From Octopus vulgaris (Eukaryota): 64,000 nucleotides of DNA. Where the stretch lies: the NCBI GenBank assembly GCA_951406725.2, contig OX597820.1:25296001-25360000 (forward strand), read 5' to 3'. Shown here one piece after another: positions 12,862 to 23,232 of the stretch; position 1 is the stretch's first letter, and the number at the start of each line of letters is the position of its first letter. A program made the position numbers and the translations under genes. The notes below the pieces were generated by a model. The model did not search any database. It had not been told where the DNA came from and saw nothing but the letters and a program-made list of their open reading frames with translations.

Positions 12862-15800
12862 TTGTATGTCAGGTCACTCTTAGTGCTACTGTCTCAGTGC
12901 AACTTGTAACATATCACTTACTAAAGTGAAAAATATACCAAGTTTCCTTGGTAAGGAAGGTGGCTTTTGTTGGACACCCTGGAGGAGGAAAAATAAAACC
13001 TGACAAAGAGCAAATGAACTCAGTAGGATCAATAGCAATCCAATAACTCGGAGTGAGAGACCCCTAGCCTTTGTTTAGACATCTCTTTTTGAAAAGGAAA
13101 ACTATGGTATAACATTTGTGATTTCATTTGTATACAATGATATAGACTAGTTCTACTTTCTGAGAAAATGCAAGTGCTGTTCAGAGATTGGGATTTCTCA
13201 TATGCAAGGATTTTTCATTGTAAAGTACTTCAGTATAAAATACTACTCACCTGATTTTGTGTTGAATACTATAGCTGGGCATAGCTGAGAAAGGCAAAAC
13301 AATCAACACAAAATTCCATGTAGTAAAGATTGTTTGTTAACATAACATGGCAGTCCTGGTTTAGGACTAATGTTACTGTAATTTAACCCTAGGAGACATC
13401 GTCTCCAGCTGGCTATTAAACATGAACTGTGTCCTTATGTTTTTGAACATTTTCTCCTGGGGCTAAATTACAGCAACATTAGTCCTAAACCAGGACTGCC
13501 CTGTTATGTTGGCAAACAATCTTTACCACAAAGTACTGTTGATGAATATCTCACGTTGTGAGATTTAAAAATAGTAATTTTCTAACAAAATTTCATGTTG
13601 GAATGAATGCATGTGTCAGCATGGGTGATAAGCTCCCTGAATACCTACTGCAAGAGGTGCCCATCATTATCACATTTGTGCAGAAGTGTTTAGGTTCGAA
13701 GCAAGAGTTTAGGTTTCTAGTATTAATCTTACCTGGATCAGATTCTTGGGTCTTAATTCATTTGTAATCATATTTCTTAATAAATGCTTTGTCTATGTGC
13801 TTTAATTAGTTTTGAAAATAATAAAGAATTTGGAGGAATTTTGTAAAATAACTAAATCTGTTAATTCTAAGTTAAGATTTTCAACATCAAGAATGCCGAG
13901 TGCTATAGTTTTCATGAAATACTGTTTGAATGCTTTTTCTCAAAAAATATCTACTTAAGTACCACATCCAAGACATCCAGGTTTCCATTGAAGCTACAGA
14001 AAGAAACAAGGCAGCAAGCTGGCAGAAACGTTAGCACACAGGGTGAAATGCTTAGCAGTATTTCCTCTGTCTTTACGTTCTGAGTTCAAATTCCACCAAG
14101 GTTGACTTTGCCTGTCATCCTTTCAGGGTCAATAAATTAAGGACCAGTTGCATACTGGAGTCAATCTAATCGACTGGCCCCCTCCCCAAAAATTTTGGGC
14201 CTTGAGCCTAGTGTAGAAAGAAAGGAACATTGGGAACCCAAGGATAAAAGAAGTTACAACCTGCATATTAATAACAGATCTGAACTACACAAAACTGTTT
14301 GGCTACTATAGCAATGCATAACAACCCTTGAAACACACACTGCAGAACAGAGAAGGCAGCTAGCAACACCTTTCTCCAAAGATTTTCTGAAAAAGAGGTC
14401 CTAATACTGAAATACTGAAATATAAACCTTTATTAATAATTATAATTTCTTCTTTCAGCTTTAATAAAAAAAAAATAACTAAGAACATTTATATAAAGAA
14501 AGTTATTATATTAGAATGTAATAGGTTTTTATTTTAAATGCAAATTCTTTTAAACAGGAGAAATTGTACTGTTTAACCTGGGAATATGTTTGACAAGTTG
14601 GTACCAAAATGTTAGGATTGGATTGGATTTAATTGCCCATGTTTAGTCAACTGCAGGATGAAGGTCTCAGCATGTCCTCTCCACCAATCAGTGTCTGATG
14701 TAGAGGCCATGAATTTTTAGCATGAGATCACACTGGTTTCATGAGCCTACTCTGCCACAATAACTAGACATGGCTTAGCAGATGGGTGTAGGTCTTATAT
14801 TCATACCCAGGAGTCATTAGGTCAATTACTAAAACATTTAACTATTCACTATTCACTTTCACAATTTCATTGGGATTCTGAAATTGCTTAGAATGACTGA
14901 AGCATTTTTTGAGTATAAAATAAAACATACCTTAACAAGATTTGAATCATCTGCATGAGGTGGGCTCAACAGGCTGTAACCTAAGCCACAGGTTGTGTGA
15001 AGTCCCTAATTGAATGAAAGGAAAGAAAATTATTATAAGATTGAAACTGTGTAACTAGCCTTTCTAGTTTATTCTACTACATCCAACAGGATCACTACAC
15101 AGCCTTCCTCAAATCACACTGTTATGACAATGTAGTCTTCAATATATATATGAAATCACAGAATTGTCCTAATTTCTGGTCTACTTGATCAGGGTTGGAT
15201 TAGGAAGAGCAACAACGACACACTGTTTATTATTGTTATATTGTTGTTTACCCCCTAAAATAATTATGGTCACCATTTAATGCAATGTAATATATAAAAA
15301 TGTGCAACATAGTCTTAATACAATGTTGATATACTTATAATACACATTAATATTAGTTTCAAATTTTGGCACAAGGCTATCAATTGTGGGGGAGGGGTTA
15401 AGTCAATTATATCGACCCCAGTGCTAAACTGGTACTTATTTTATCAACCCAGAATGGATGAAAGGTAAAATCAACCTCAGTGTGCTAATGATTCTGCCAA
15501 TTTGCCACCTTAGGTATTACCCACAAATATTAATACATTTCTAATATGCATTCATCTGTTGGAATAATGAGGGCCATATAATCATCCTCGATGAAGGATG
15601 TCTGATGACTTGCATGGTGACTTTGTTTAAAATGATGAAATTTTGTGCACTGTCACCCTCACTCTCTCATCTGTGTCCATCTTCAATTCAGTATTAAGAC
15701 CAGGTCAAGATGACTGTGACTGGAAACAAATGCAAAAGATGACCAAGATGTCTTACTTGCCTCATCTTGCTTGGCAACATTTTGTCTATCTTCATCTTCC

Positions 15801-18800
15801 TTTCAGGGTCGATAAAATAAGTACCTGTTGAGTACTGGGGATGAATGTAATCAATTTACCTCTTCTCCCAAAATTTCTGGCCTTCTCCCAAAATTTGAAA
15901 TCATTATTACAATATTCTTCTGATTGTCAGGTAGGCATTATAGGTGTTTTAGGTCAATGCATGTGCCTTTAGTAGACAAAACTGCAACCTAAATTCCAAA
16001 TCTAAAGTTAATTCACTTTACTCACACCACTTAATACTTTTAGAAAGACCTGAATACAACAGTTTTATATTTTTCTTTTATCTTAATGCATGGAGCCTTT
16101 CTGCCGGTTAAAACAAATCAGTTTTTTACTTCATTTCATTTCATTCATAACAACAGGTTACAAATCATCATCATCATTGTCGTTTAACATCTGCCTTCCA
16201 TGCCTGTATGGGTTGGACGGTTTGACTGAGGGCTGGTGAGCCAGAAGGCTGTACCAGACTCCAATCTGATTTGGCAGAGTTTCTACAGCTGGATGCCCTT
16301 CCTTAACGCCAACCACTCCAAGAGTGTAGGTGTGCTTTAACGTGCCACCAACTTGAGGGCCAGTCAAGCAGTACTGACATCGATCACACTCAAATGGTTC
16401 TTTTTACGTGCCACCTGCACAGAATGACACCCTGTAAATTGATGTGGAGACCATTGCATACACTGTAACTTTTGGAATTGAGCTGACTTAGGGAAAAATT
16501 AACATTTAGTATACTGCATTTTTTGTTCAGTGACATGATGTACCTAAAGGTTACTAAAGGTTAAAGAACTACAGTGGTACAGAAATATAATCAAGAAACA
16601 GTGAAACGTTATTGAAAATTATTAAATCATTTAATTATTGGCTTTAAATTTTGACACAAGGTCAGCAATTTGTGGACAGGAGGTAAGTCGGTTACATTGA
16701 CCTCTTTCAGTTGGTACTTATTTTAATGACCCCAAAAGGATGAAAGGCAAAGTCAACACCAGCAGCATTTGAACTCAGAACATAAAGTTGGAAGAAATGC
16801 CGCTAAGCAGTCTTTCTGGTGCAATAACAGTTCACCGATGTTGCTGCCTTGTCATTTAATAATTGGAAATATATTTCCATATATAGACACTGGAATGATT
16901 TGCCTTGCAACCATGTGCTTTTCAATTCAATCCCATTGTACAGCACTTTGACAAGTGTCTTTCTACTATAGCCCAGGACAATCAATGCCTTGTGAATGAA
17001 TTTGGTAAATGGAAACTGTGTAAAAGCCTATCATATGTGTGTGTGTGTATGTCTATGTGTATTTGATTGTATGTTGTATGTGTGTGTGTTTGTGTGAGTC
17101 TGTATATATTTGTGCCTTTCGGTTTGTGTTTGTCCCACCCTCTACCATGTGAGAACTAGTATCAGTTTCTTTACATCCCCATAACTTAGCACTTCAGTAA
17201 TAGAGACCAATAAAACAGGTACCAGGCTTAAAAATAAACAACTAGGGTCAGTTTGTTCGACTAAACCCTCCAAGGCATTACCCCAGCATGGCCTCGGTCC
17301 ACTGACTGAAACAAAAAAAAAGAATAAAGAAATAAAGGACAAAAGAAATAAGGAACCAACTTTGTAGATTATGTTTTCTTTGAGGCTGATTGGAATTCCA
17401 TGAAGAGGTTTGGTCACATGTGGAACAGAATCACATTTCAGAGCTAATTCCTGTGAAAAAAAAAAAAAACCAAAATCATTAACATTTTTAATTGCAAGCA
17501 TGGTTCTGTGGTAAGAGGCTTGCTTTGCAATCTCATGGTTCCAGATTCAGTCCTACTGCATGGTACCTTGGGCAAGAGTTTTCTACTATAGCCTCTGGCT
17601 GACCAAAGCCTTGTGAGTGGACTTGGAAGATGGAAACTGATAGAAGCCTGTTGTATATATACATACATATATATATAAAAATTTAAAATAGTAATAGTGA
17701 AAAATTAAATATTAATTTGATTAATATCAATTTAGAACCAGTGGTCTAGCATGTGGAAAAATTTGAAGATTTGTTGGACATCCATTATGCTAGAAGAAGA
17801 CCTGCTATGGTCTTACCACTAAGAAAGGAATGTTCTCAAGAAAATTTAGCAAATGCCAAAACATAAGTGAGCAAGACAAATGAAAAGAAACAAAATATAC
17901 AGATTAATCACAAACCAGTTTCGTTGTTACCACTTACGTAATCACTTATGTAGATGTTCGCAACTCGTCAGTGAGAACATTCCTTTCTTAGTGGTAAGAC
18001 CATAGGAGTCTTACTAGCATAATGGATGTCCACTTAGCGGTTATCCCTCTTATATGTATATATATATATATATACATATATATCTGTGTGTGTCTTTGTG
18101 TCTGTGTTTGTCCTCCACTGGTGTTGATGTGTTTACATCCCCCATAACTTAATGGTTTGGCAAAAAAGACTGACAGAATAAGTACCAGGCTTAGAATAAG
18201 TAAATCCTGGGGTCGATACATTTGATTAATGAAGATAGTGGAAAGTGTGTTGGAGATGAGAATTTGGAAAGGGGTGGATGTGGATGCAATGCAATTTGGA
18301 AGGGGGACAATACATGCAACGTTCATTGTAAGGAGATTGCAAGAGAAACATTGAGATAAGGAGGAGTTGTACATGTGCTTCGTTGATCTAGAGAAGGCAT
18401 TTGATAGGGTTCCAAGGAAGGTGACTGAGAGGGCATTGAGGAAGATAGATGTACTAGAGGTGAGGTGTAGAGAGAGGAGAGGTGTAGAGAGGTGAGGGCA
18501 GTGATAAGTTTGTATGAGGGGGTAATGTCAAGAGTTAGTATAGGATTAGAGCTGTCAGAGGAGTTTGCAGTGAAAGTTGGTGTGCATCAGGGATCTGCGT
18601 TGCCACTCTTGTTGCTTGCAATAGTGGTTGATGTGGTGATGGACAGTGCAAGAGAGGGATTGATAATGGAGATACTGTATGCAGATACCTTGTTCTGATG
18701 AGTGTGACGATGGAGGGAATGAGGGAGAAGTTTTGGAAATGAAGGAGGCGTTTGAAAGCAAGGGTTTGAAGGTAAAAGATAAAATATAGTAAAAGATAAA

Positions 18801-19895
18801 ATATATAAACACACTTACATACATGCACACAAGCATACACATACACACATATGTACATATGCAAATATGCATCTGCACACACACATACACACATATAAGT
18901 GCACATACAAATACATATGAGAAAGAACCTTGAACAATATACTGACTACACAGATTGCACCTCAAGCATCAAGATACACATGAAGCAACTATAAACACAA
19001 ACAGTACATGTAACAGAAGGAACATACATAGAACACACATAGAACAATATAGGATAGTATATAGAATAATATTTAGAAAAGACATTGTAGGCTACTTGGA
19101 GAATAAACTCAGAATGAATCAAGTGTTCTTACCTCAGCTTCAGGAATTATTGCAATTAAACAATTGGTTTCCTCTTGAGCTTCAAGTGCCTGTATTAGAA
19201 AATCAGAGGTTAGACATACTAAATATTGGTTTATAATATTGGCAAGAAAGCATATATTTTGGGGTGGGGAAAGGATAATCATCATCATCATCGTTTAACG
19301 TCCGCTTTCCATGCTAGCATGGGTTGGACGATTTGACTGAGGGCTGGTGAACCAGATGGCTGCATTAGGCTCCAATCTTGATCTGGCAGAGTTTCTACAG
19401 CTTGATGCCCTTCCTAACGCCAACCACAGGTGCCAGTAAGGTGATGCTGGTAATGATCACGCTCGAATGGTGCCTTTTACATGCCACCAGCATGGGAGCC
19501 AGTTTGCCGCTCTGGCAACGATTACACTCGGATAACAGCTAATTAAATTGAATCTTCATTATATTAATGGTATTTGTTTTATCAGCCCTTGAAGCATGAA
19601 AGAAAATAAGAGTCAATTTCAGTGAGATTTGAACTCACAACATAAAGGCATGTAATTAAAAACCACAATCTGTTTAGCTGCCACAATATGGATTATTATG
19701 ACAATAACCCATAGAGGATTATTCTAGTGAAGGAATTATTATAACCTTGTATGTGTGTGTATGTGGGCATGCATTCTTGGAGTAGTTGGCATTAGGAAGG
19801 GCATCCACCCATTACCATTTCCAGTCAAACCATGTAACACAAGCCAGCATGGAAAATAGGTCCTAAATGATGATGATGATGAAGATGATGATGAA

Positions 19896-19937
<42 letters not shown>

Positions 19938-22900
19938 AGATATATATATACAACAGATTCTATTCAGCTTTTGTCTACAAAATCCATTCACAAATCCTTT
20001 CACATGGCACCAGTTTGAGAGTTCTTGAGTTATAGGGTATGTGGAGTCACCTTTTAATCACCATTACTCTTAGGTTCATTCTGACCCAAAACGATAGTAT
20101 CTGTCAAGGTTCTATTTACGGGTTAAATAGATTTTCCATGGGATAGAGGATGGTCCCATTATTTTTGAGAAAGCAGTGGGGAAGGTAGCTCTTGTAAATT
20201 ACCAATAATCCTTGCAAATGACCCATTTTTTAGAAGCCTTCAGCAATTACTAGCTGCCAGCTGGTAATGGCTAAAGGTTCTTATTAGGAAGATTCAAAGT
20301 TTTAGCACTTCTTTCAAGCTTGCTTTATAATGATACAAGTGAATAAAATATAAGAATGGTTTTAAAAAGAAAGTAATCAGAAAAAATTTAAAGTAATAAA
20401 AGTAAAATAACCTTGTATTGATAAGCATGAAGAACATCAATGGCTTTTAATGAACGGTCTTTGAGTCGTCTCTGAAGTTGGACAATGTCCAATGATAAAA
20501 TTTCATTTCTCATTTCTTCAGTAAGCTGAAAAATATAAAGAATTGGGTTGAAAAATACCTTGTATGAAAAGGAATGAAAAGTATTTTAATATTTTATTCC
20601 TGGATTTACAAGTTTGAATTTGACTTTATGAAAGGATAATAAAACAAGGGAAACAGAACCAGTGTGTGTTTTTTATTATCAGCATAATTAGTCTCCAGAG
20701 GTACAACTTCCTTTAAGTTAGAAAAACTGGCTGCAACTGAGAAAGAACACAGAACCATGAGAACAAGAAGTCGGAAGAGAAAGAAACATAGTGTGAACGG
20801 TAGAAGTGGAAGGAACAAATACAAGAATTCTCTTTAAAAATTTCAACAAGTTTTTGCTTTACAATGGTAAATAAAAGAAGTCTGATAGGGCATAAAGGTG
20901 TGAGAGAAAATTCAGAAAAACATGCTTTAAAAAACCCAAATGCTCATACAAATTCCAATATTCAATATATTTCCCAGAAACAGGAAATAATGATTTTAAA
21001 TTTTGCATCAAGACCAGTCATTTTGGTAGTGGAGTAAGTTTATCACATCAATCCCTGTGTTCAACTGGTACTTATTTTATTGATACTGAAAAGATGTAAG
21101 GCAAAGTTGACCTCGGCAAAGTTTGAACTCAGAATAAGAAGACAGACAAAATGCCTCTAAGCATTTTTCCCAGCATGCTAACCATTCTGCCAGCTCACCA
21201 CTGGCAGGATTCAACCAGCTCACTGTCTTGACACAGAAACAGACAATAAAAAAGTTCAAATGTCCAATGAATTTTACAATAAGCACACATGACTGAAGGT
21301 TCAGTAGCAATGAGATATATTCACAATTAGATATGATGAAGTTTTGAAAGAGTAAGAAAAAGAAAAACAAGATAGATTTTTATAAGAATTCCTGTTATGG
21401 TGCATAAAGAAGGATTCTTCATAACTGACTTTGCTGGTGAGAGCTTGAACTGTTTTAATCCTTTAGCGTTCAGATTATTCTGTCAAATATAACGTCTATT
21501 TATTTACATTGTTTTGAATTAATCAGGCATTATTTTGTAACCTTGAGATTTCAATGATGCGATTGTTTATGTTCAAAATGACATTGTAGGGTAGGTGTGA
21601 GATGTCAGATCTGGCTGGTTTGAACACAAAGCAAGTAAAATGTTTTGGATGAATATGGCCTGTTTAAATGCTAATGGGTTAAACTGAAATTTCTTTGTGT
21701 ACATTGATGTCTAATACATAGGTTCAAGTTCTGATTGGTTACTGAATGTACAAAACGACAGACATCCAAGAATTATGAAAAACCTAGAAAACCCATTGAT
21801 ACGCTTAACCCTTTTCTTTATGTAACACACAATCCAAGAAACATGGAAGCATACAATACCATCCATCAGAATACAAACCCTTTTGAGGAAAGATCTGTGA
21901 ATGAAAAACACATTTGAAACACGCAGAGTTATTAAAAGTATAAGACAACGTATGCTTCTAAAATCCACTTTCTAGTACCAAGAATTCAATTCCAGCAGTC
22001 AAAATCTCAATGTATCAGAAATATTTCAGCACAATTTCGATTAACTTAGGAAAATATGTTTATTAAAAAATATCAACCACAACTAAATACTCAATAACAA
22101 CACACTAGAATGAGAAAATTCAATTTATTCACAAGAATAACTAGAAACAATAGAAATAAAATAAAAGTTAAAGTAACAGTCCTCTTCTGGGATTTGAAAC
22201 CTTGTGAGTGGATTTGGTAGATGGAAACTGAAAGAAGCCCATCGTATATATGTATATATATATGTATGTATGTGTTTATGTTTGTCCCCCCAACATCACT
22301 TGACAACCAACACTAGTGTGTTTACGTCCCTGTAACTTAGTGGTTCAGCAAAACAAGACTGATAGAATAAGTACTAGGCTTCCAAAGAATAAGTCCTGGG
22401 GTCGATTTGCTTGACTAAAGGCAGTGCTCCAGCATGGCCGCAGTCAAATGACTGAAACAAGTAAAAGATAACGATAAAGATGCCAACTGAAGGTCCAATA
22501 TTTGTTGCAGTGTTTTGGCTTGTGTGTCCCATTGATTCTGATAGTTATGCCAGCAAAGTTCAAGGCCCTTGATTGGGCCTTACATACTGGACAGGGTCAA
22601 AGGATAGAGGTTATACTAATGTGGGTTTGTGTAGGGCCAAAAAAAAAAAGTCCAAAGAAGCATTAATGATAATTCAAAGCCAACAAGACTTGGGAGAGGA
22701 AGGCCTTCCCTCAGGAAATACCATGCCACAAAATAAAAAAAGAGGAAGCTGCAAGGAAGACAAGGAAGAGCAGGGATTCAACTGGAGAGAAGCAGAGAAA
22801 CTACCAAGAGTCAAGAACAATAAAGAAGAGTTGTCAGTGGCCTAAGCTCCATAGGAGGCAAAGAACTTAAGAGAGTGAAGAGAAGAGTGGCATGAGAGAG

Positions 22901-23232
22901 AGTGTGAAAGAGGGAGAGTGCAAGAGGGGGGAGAGAGAAGTAGTGTGAGAGAGAGGGAAAGAGAAATGATGTGAGAAATTCAGAAACATATTTCAAATAC
23001 TTACACTTGATTTCTGTAACCTTTCCTTTAAAGATTTTAGTTGTTCTGCACGTTTATTGCGGGCTTCCTCCATAGCTCTTTCAACTTTCATGCACATGCG
23101 TTGTCTGTTGAGTAAACTGAACAGAAAGGTTGTACCTGACACCACCAGGATTGCAAAAAAGCCAGACTTAATGTAAGGAAACATGTCCTCGGTCAAATAG
23201 TGCTGACAGTATTTACGAAGTGTTTCTTCCAT
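62..23232 (-). CDS. FAAH: Fatty acid amide hydrolase 1-like / VDHAP-like amidase; 12 coding exons in window, 3' end truncated by the window edge
   Basis: Hand-spliced exons 23005-23232, 20412-20525, 19133-19189, 17361-17450, 14931-15005, 10923-10984, 9915-10121, 6471-6511, 5956-6080, 4844-4969, 2165-2256 and 62-149. All have GT-AG boundaries, compatible phases and no stops (1305 nt, 435 codons). Motifs: N-terminal hydrophobic segment, LHGIPISLKE (catalytic Lys), GAVPFVTTNVPQ, PGGSSGGEG, GTDIGGSIRCPAHFCG, VGPMA, LRIGYY. Confidence 0.93.
691..907. mobile_element. piggyBac-like MITE (TTAACCC...GGG termini)
   Basis: TTAACCCT start and AAGGGGTAA end; an inverted homolog lies at 21456-21682. Confidence 0.55.
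1455..1684. mobile_element. Degenerate MITE with GGT..ACC ends and subterminal GGACAAAAT repeats
   Basis: ACAAAAT(C/T)C motifs on the left are mirrored by GGATTTTGTCC repeats on the right. Confidence 0.45.
2165..2256 (-). CDS. FAAH: FAAH-like exon 11 (VVDFTPPRILDALVLVINILWSDGYLMSKL)
   Basis: 92 nt, TTTACAG acceptor and GTAAGT donor; V.F.PP and SDG motifs. Confidence 0.88.
3905..4290 (+). mobile_element. tRNA-derived SINE (family A)
   Basis: Head TGGCAGTGTGGTAAG...GGTTCAATCCC (A/B-box-like), central microsatellite, AGAATAAGTACTAGGCTT...GGGGTC body. Confidence 0.8.
4293..4692 (-). mobile_element. tRNA-derived SINE (family A), near full length
   Basis: Reverse-complement copy with head TAGGCGCAGGAGTGGCTGTGTGGTAAG; closely similar to 49012-49390. 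Confidence 0.85.
4844..4969 (-). CDS. FAAH: FAAH-like exon 10 (LFDGKRKLRIGYYETDNLVSATPACRRAVLLAKEALEAKGHT)
   Basis: 126 nt, TTTCAG acceptor and GTAAGA donor; LRIGYYETD, RAV and LE..GHT motifs. Confidence 0.93.
5005..5640 (-). mobile_element. R4/Dong-clade non-LTR retrotransposon 3' fragment (restriction-like endonuclease)
   Basis: ORF 5101..5517 WY.HTP..V.E....KILWD..IQ.D.....NRPDLVVVDK...VDVAC; short (TTA)n run at the 3' end. Confidence 0.85.
5956..6080 (-). CDS. FAAH: FAAH-like exon 9 (VQTSVGPMAQTADGLIMATKALFSQEVFEMDPQISPIEFQNH)
   Basis: 125 nt, CAG acceptor and GTAAGG donor; VGPMA and F..DP...P..F motifs. Confidence 0.92.
6471..6511 (-). CDS. FAAH: FAAH-like exon 8 (TGSIFKPVKEQIL)
   Basis: 41 nt, TAG acceptor, GTAAGA donor; phases 2/1 bridge exons 7 and 9. 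Confidence 0.85.
7468..8031 (+). mobile_element. Non-autonomous Helitron-like element (family 1)
   Basis: 5' TC start, (CTGT)n, 3' hairpin CCGTCCATTGGACGG then CTCG; A|T flanks; second copy at 58814-59198. Confidence 0.6.
8254..9131 (+). mobile_element. Tc1/mariner relic, DD37D (maT-type) transposase fragment
   Basis: ORF 8307..8855 IMVLGVITNDG...WHQNSASCH...WPYNSPDNNPLDYYVWS; 37 residues between the (mutated) second D position and the final D. Confidence 0.8.
9426..9587 (-). mobile_element. RTE-tail SINE fragment with (GAT)n tail
   Basis: Near-identical inverted copy at 30152-30305; related copies at ~16165, ~19278, ~31535 and ~43460. Confidence 0.7.
9915..10121 (-). CDS. FAAH: FAAH-like exon 7, amidase signature (GGSSGG ... 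GTDIGGSIR)
   Basis: 207 nt within ORF 9911..10162; TTTGCAG acceptor, GTAAGT donor; both catalytic serines present. Confidence 0.96.
10923..10984 (-). CDS. FAAH: FAAH-like exon 6 (CLKELGAVPFVTTNVPQSLM-S)
   Basis: 62 nt, CTTCAG acceptor, GTAAGC donor; GAVPFV.TNVPQ motif. Confidence 0.92.
11462..12100. repeat. 18-bp minisatellite (ACAGCCACACCTGTGCCT)n, about 35 units, in a FAAH intron
   Basis: Directly visible; explains the three overlapping repetitive ORFs at 11512-12155. Confidence 0.95.
12399..13584. mobile_element. Non-autonomous DNA transposon with perfect 40-bp inverted termini (including terminal TA)
   Basis: 12399-12438 TAGAAAATTACTATTTTTAAATCTCACAACGTGAGATATT is the exact reverse complement of 13545-13584. 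Confidence 0.8.
13319..13530. mobile_element. Foldback MITE with ~78-bp TIRs, TGT...ACA ends, nested in 12399-13584
   Basis: TGTAGTAAAGATTGTTTG...TAGGAGA pairs with TCTCCTGGGG...CTTTACCACA. Confidence 0.8.
14030..14220 (+). mobile_element. tRNA-derived SINE (family B)
   Basis: GGCAGCAAGCTGGCAGAAACGTTAGC...GAGTTCAAATTCC head; copies at ~16645, ~21000, ~49640, ~50148 and ~63160. Confidence 0.75.
14931..15005 (-). CDS. FAAH: FAAH-like exon 5 (GLHTTCGLGYSLLSPPHADDSNLVK)
   Basis: 75 nt, TAG acceptor, GTATGT donor; G..TT.G and D...V amidase motifs. Confidence 0.88.
17361..17450 (-). CDS. FAAH: FAAH-like exon 4 (ELALKCDSVPHVTKPLHGIPISLKENIIYK; catalytic Lys)
   Basis: 90 nt, poly-T/CAG acceptor, GTTGGT donor; amidase PLHGIPISLKE motif. 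Confidence 0.92.
17775..18050 (-). mobile_element. Penelope-like pLTR fragment with an inverted terminal duplication and hammerhead motif
   Basis: About 62-bp inverted arms 17775-17838 / 17972-18032; body homologous to 58555-58790 in the opposite orientation. Confidence 0.7.
17906..17975 (-). ncRNA. Minimal type I hammerhead ribozyme motif (sense to FAAH)
   Basis: CTCA-CTGACGA-GTTG[...]CAAC-GAAA-C-TG-GTT-TGTGA: intact core, 4-bp stem II, partial helix I. Confidence 0.55.
18210..18780 (+). mobile_element. RTE-clade LINE reverse transcriptase relic
   Basis: MCFVDLEKAFDRVPR, VGVHQGSAL.LLL and LYAD motifs with frameshifts. Confidence 0.85.
19133..19189 (-). CDS. FAAH: FAAH-like exon 3 (ALEAQEETNCLIAIIPEAE)
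   Basis: 57 nt, TACAG acceptor, GTAAGA donor; conserved TNC motif. Confidence 0.88.
20010..20330 (+). mobile_element. Possible Tx1/L1 ORF2 relic (region after the endonuclease)
   Basis: Degenerate CKLPIILANDPFF...W*WLKVLIRK resembling WKLN..LL.D..F...W..LK..IR. Confidence 0.3.
20412..20525 (-). CDS. FAAH: FAAH-like exon 2 (LTEEMRNEILSLDIVQLQRRLKDRSLKAIDVLHAYQYK)
   Basis: 114 nt, phase 0/0, CAG acceptor and GT donor; resembles the FAAH L.L..L...L.....A..VL..Y..K segment. Confidence 0.88.
21456..21682. mobile_element. piggyBac-like MITE
   Basis: TTAATCCTTTAGCGTT start and AATGCTAATGGGTTAA end; homolog of 691-907. Confidence 0.6.
21700..22030 (+). mobile_element. Penelope-like element RT thumb/linker relic
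   Basis: Degenerate PF.(V)THNPRNMEAYNTIHQN...VIKSIRQ...LK. Confidence 0.55.
22560..22870 (+). mobile_element. RTE-type LINE 3' end relic
   Basis: Degenerate GRGR...GFNWREAEKL...VSGLSSIGG C-terminus. Confidence 0.4.
23005..23232 (-). CDS. FAAH: FAAH-like coding exon 1 (MEETLRK...LQKSS, with N-terminal TM segment)
   Basis: ATG at 23232; hydrophobic FFAILVVSGTTFLFSLL followed by a basic helix; donor GTAAGT at 23004; acceptor TTTTCAG 6 nt upstream of the ATG. Confidence 0.85.
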
